Positions 62,936 to 64,000 of a DNA stretch of 64,000 nt are shown one piece after another. Position numbers and translations under genes: made by a program. The DNA comes from Rhina ancylostomus. Taxonomy: Eukaryota. The stretch covers positions 74,904,285 through 74,968,284 of the forward strand of contig JARFYF010000074.1 of assembly GCA_030265395.1 (NCBI GenBank), in the 5' to 3' direction. How positions within the stretch are numbered: the first letter of the stretch is position 1; each line of letters starts with the position of its first letter. The notes beneath the pieces are model-generated. The model saw only the letters and a list, made by a program, of their open reading frames with translations, was not told where the DNA came from and did no database searches.

Positions 62936-64000
62936 AATTCCCAAGGGATGTGGTTATCTATCCAATAATCTTTAACCGGCTGAGATTATATTTTATTAAC
63001 AACTTGAGAGATTGCTAGCATCTCTGCAGAATTTCTTGGTTGAAGTCTCTCCATTCATGCCCTTCTTAAATCTCTCCACTGATTTTTATTGTTTATCCAC
63101 TTATTGTATGCATATAAATCACACTGGTCCTGAATGCCAGCTAATTTTACTAAAAAATCTCTCAGAAGGGTTTATAAAGTATTTGTTTCTCTGTTTTAGC
63201 AATGGAAAAATACAGCTGCCATTTTAACTTTGTGAGATGTCTTTTATCTCTCTTTGATTTGAGCTGAATATGTAGAGCGGGGAACAATGAATTAAACAGT
63301 GTATATATTAAATTTTACTTTGTTCATTCTCGGCTGACCCTTTCTTGTGTTCCACACTATTTCTCAGCGTGGCAGGGAACATTAAATTGGTTTCTTTGAA
63401 TCCCTCCAAATATCTCTCTTTGTTTTTCCTCTACCTCTCCTCTTCCTGCCCCGCAGCAGTGGAGTTTGAGAATTTGCTATTTGTGCCTGGCACTGTGTTG
63501 CTCACTGCTGTTGACCTGAAGCATGCGTCTCTCACTTTTAATTTGTGTTTGAATGTATTGGATTGTAGGGAGTTCCCACAACCAATAGAACAAAGGTCTC
63601 CAAGTAATGATCAATGCAAAAAGAACAAGTTGGTGAAGTAGTCTTGCCTAATGATCTACTGATTTAGATTTAGTGCAACTCTGTAAAGTAATTTAGTACA
63701 TTTTCCAAAGTTAAAAGTGCTCTTATAGAAGTAAGTTGTTATTGTTGTTATAATTCAGTCCTGTCGCATTGCCAGCTTTACGGCTCTTCATGGCCATTCC
63801 CCAGATCATCCCATCAGCAATGACTGATTAAACAAATATATAAAAATTATTTGGAGCCAAAGAACTGCTGTTTGAGCTCATGACAATTGTGAGTCTTTTT
63901 TTTAAATAGTACTTTTGGGATTTGAGTCTGTATGAAGCCCAGATTGATTGGTCGATAATGTTCACTAATTGTTGTTGATTAATTTCTGTCTGTTAGTTTC

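Noticed and set aside
1-64000. CRISPR arrays, operons, rRNA or intact autonomous retroelements
   Set aside because: Vertebrate DNA with no regularly spaced repeat-spacer structure; all LINE ORFs are truncated or interrupted.

Overview
Eukaryotic, AT-rich, gap-ridden draft assembly from a cartilaginous fish, probably a ray (batoid). The taxon call rests on recognisable elasmobranch repeats: HER1/CR1 LINEs, HE1/V-SINEs, a SacSINE1/DeuSINE copy, RTE LINE ends and Penelope-derived short elements. Nearly all ORF-track entries are spurious or decayed retroelement fragments, and no host gene can be named. A CpG-rich block at about 10.65-11.2 kb looks like a promoter or first exon: it holds a candidate minus-strand coding exon and possibly a divergent plus-strand transcript. 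A second CpG-enriched block lies at about 44.7-46.4 kb. Between the repeats are unique AT-rich blocks with homeobox, octamer and X-box-like motifs, suggesting intron or enhancer territory. The most notable observations are a dispersed set of Penelope-type minimal hammerhead-ribozyme relics, three of which share a core variant; a near-identical 119-bp inverted duplication 11 kb apart; two related Tigger-like MITEs; and several nested insertions. All repeat classifications are by eye from remembered family motifs, and boundaries are approximate (within tens of bp).
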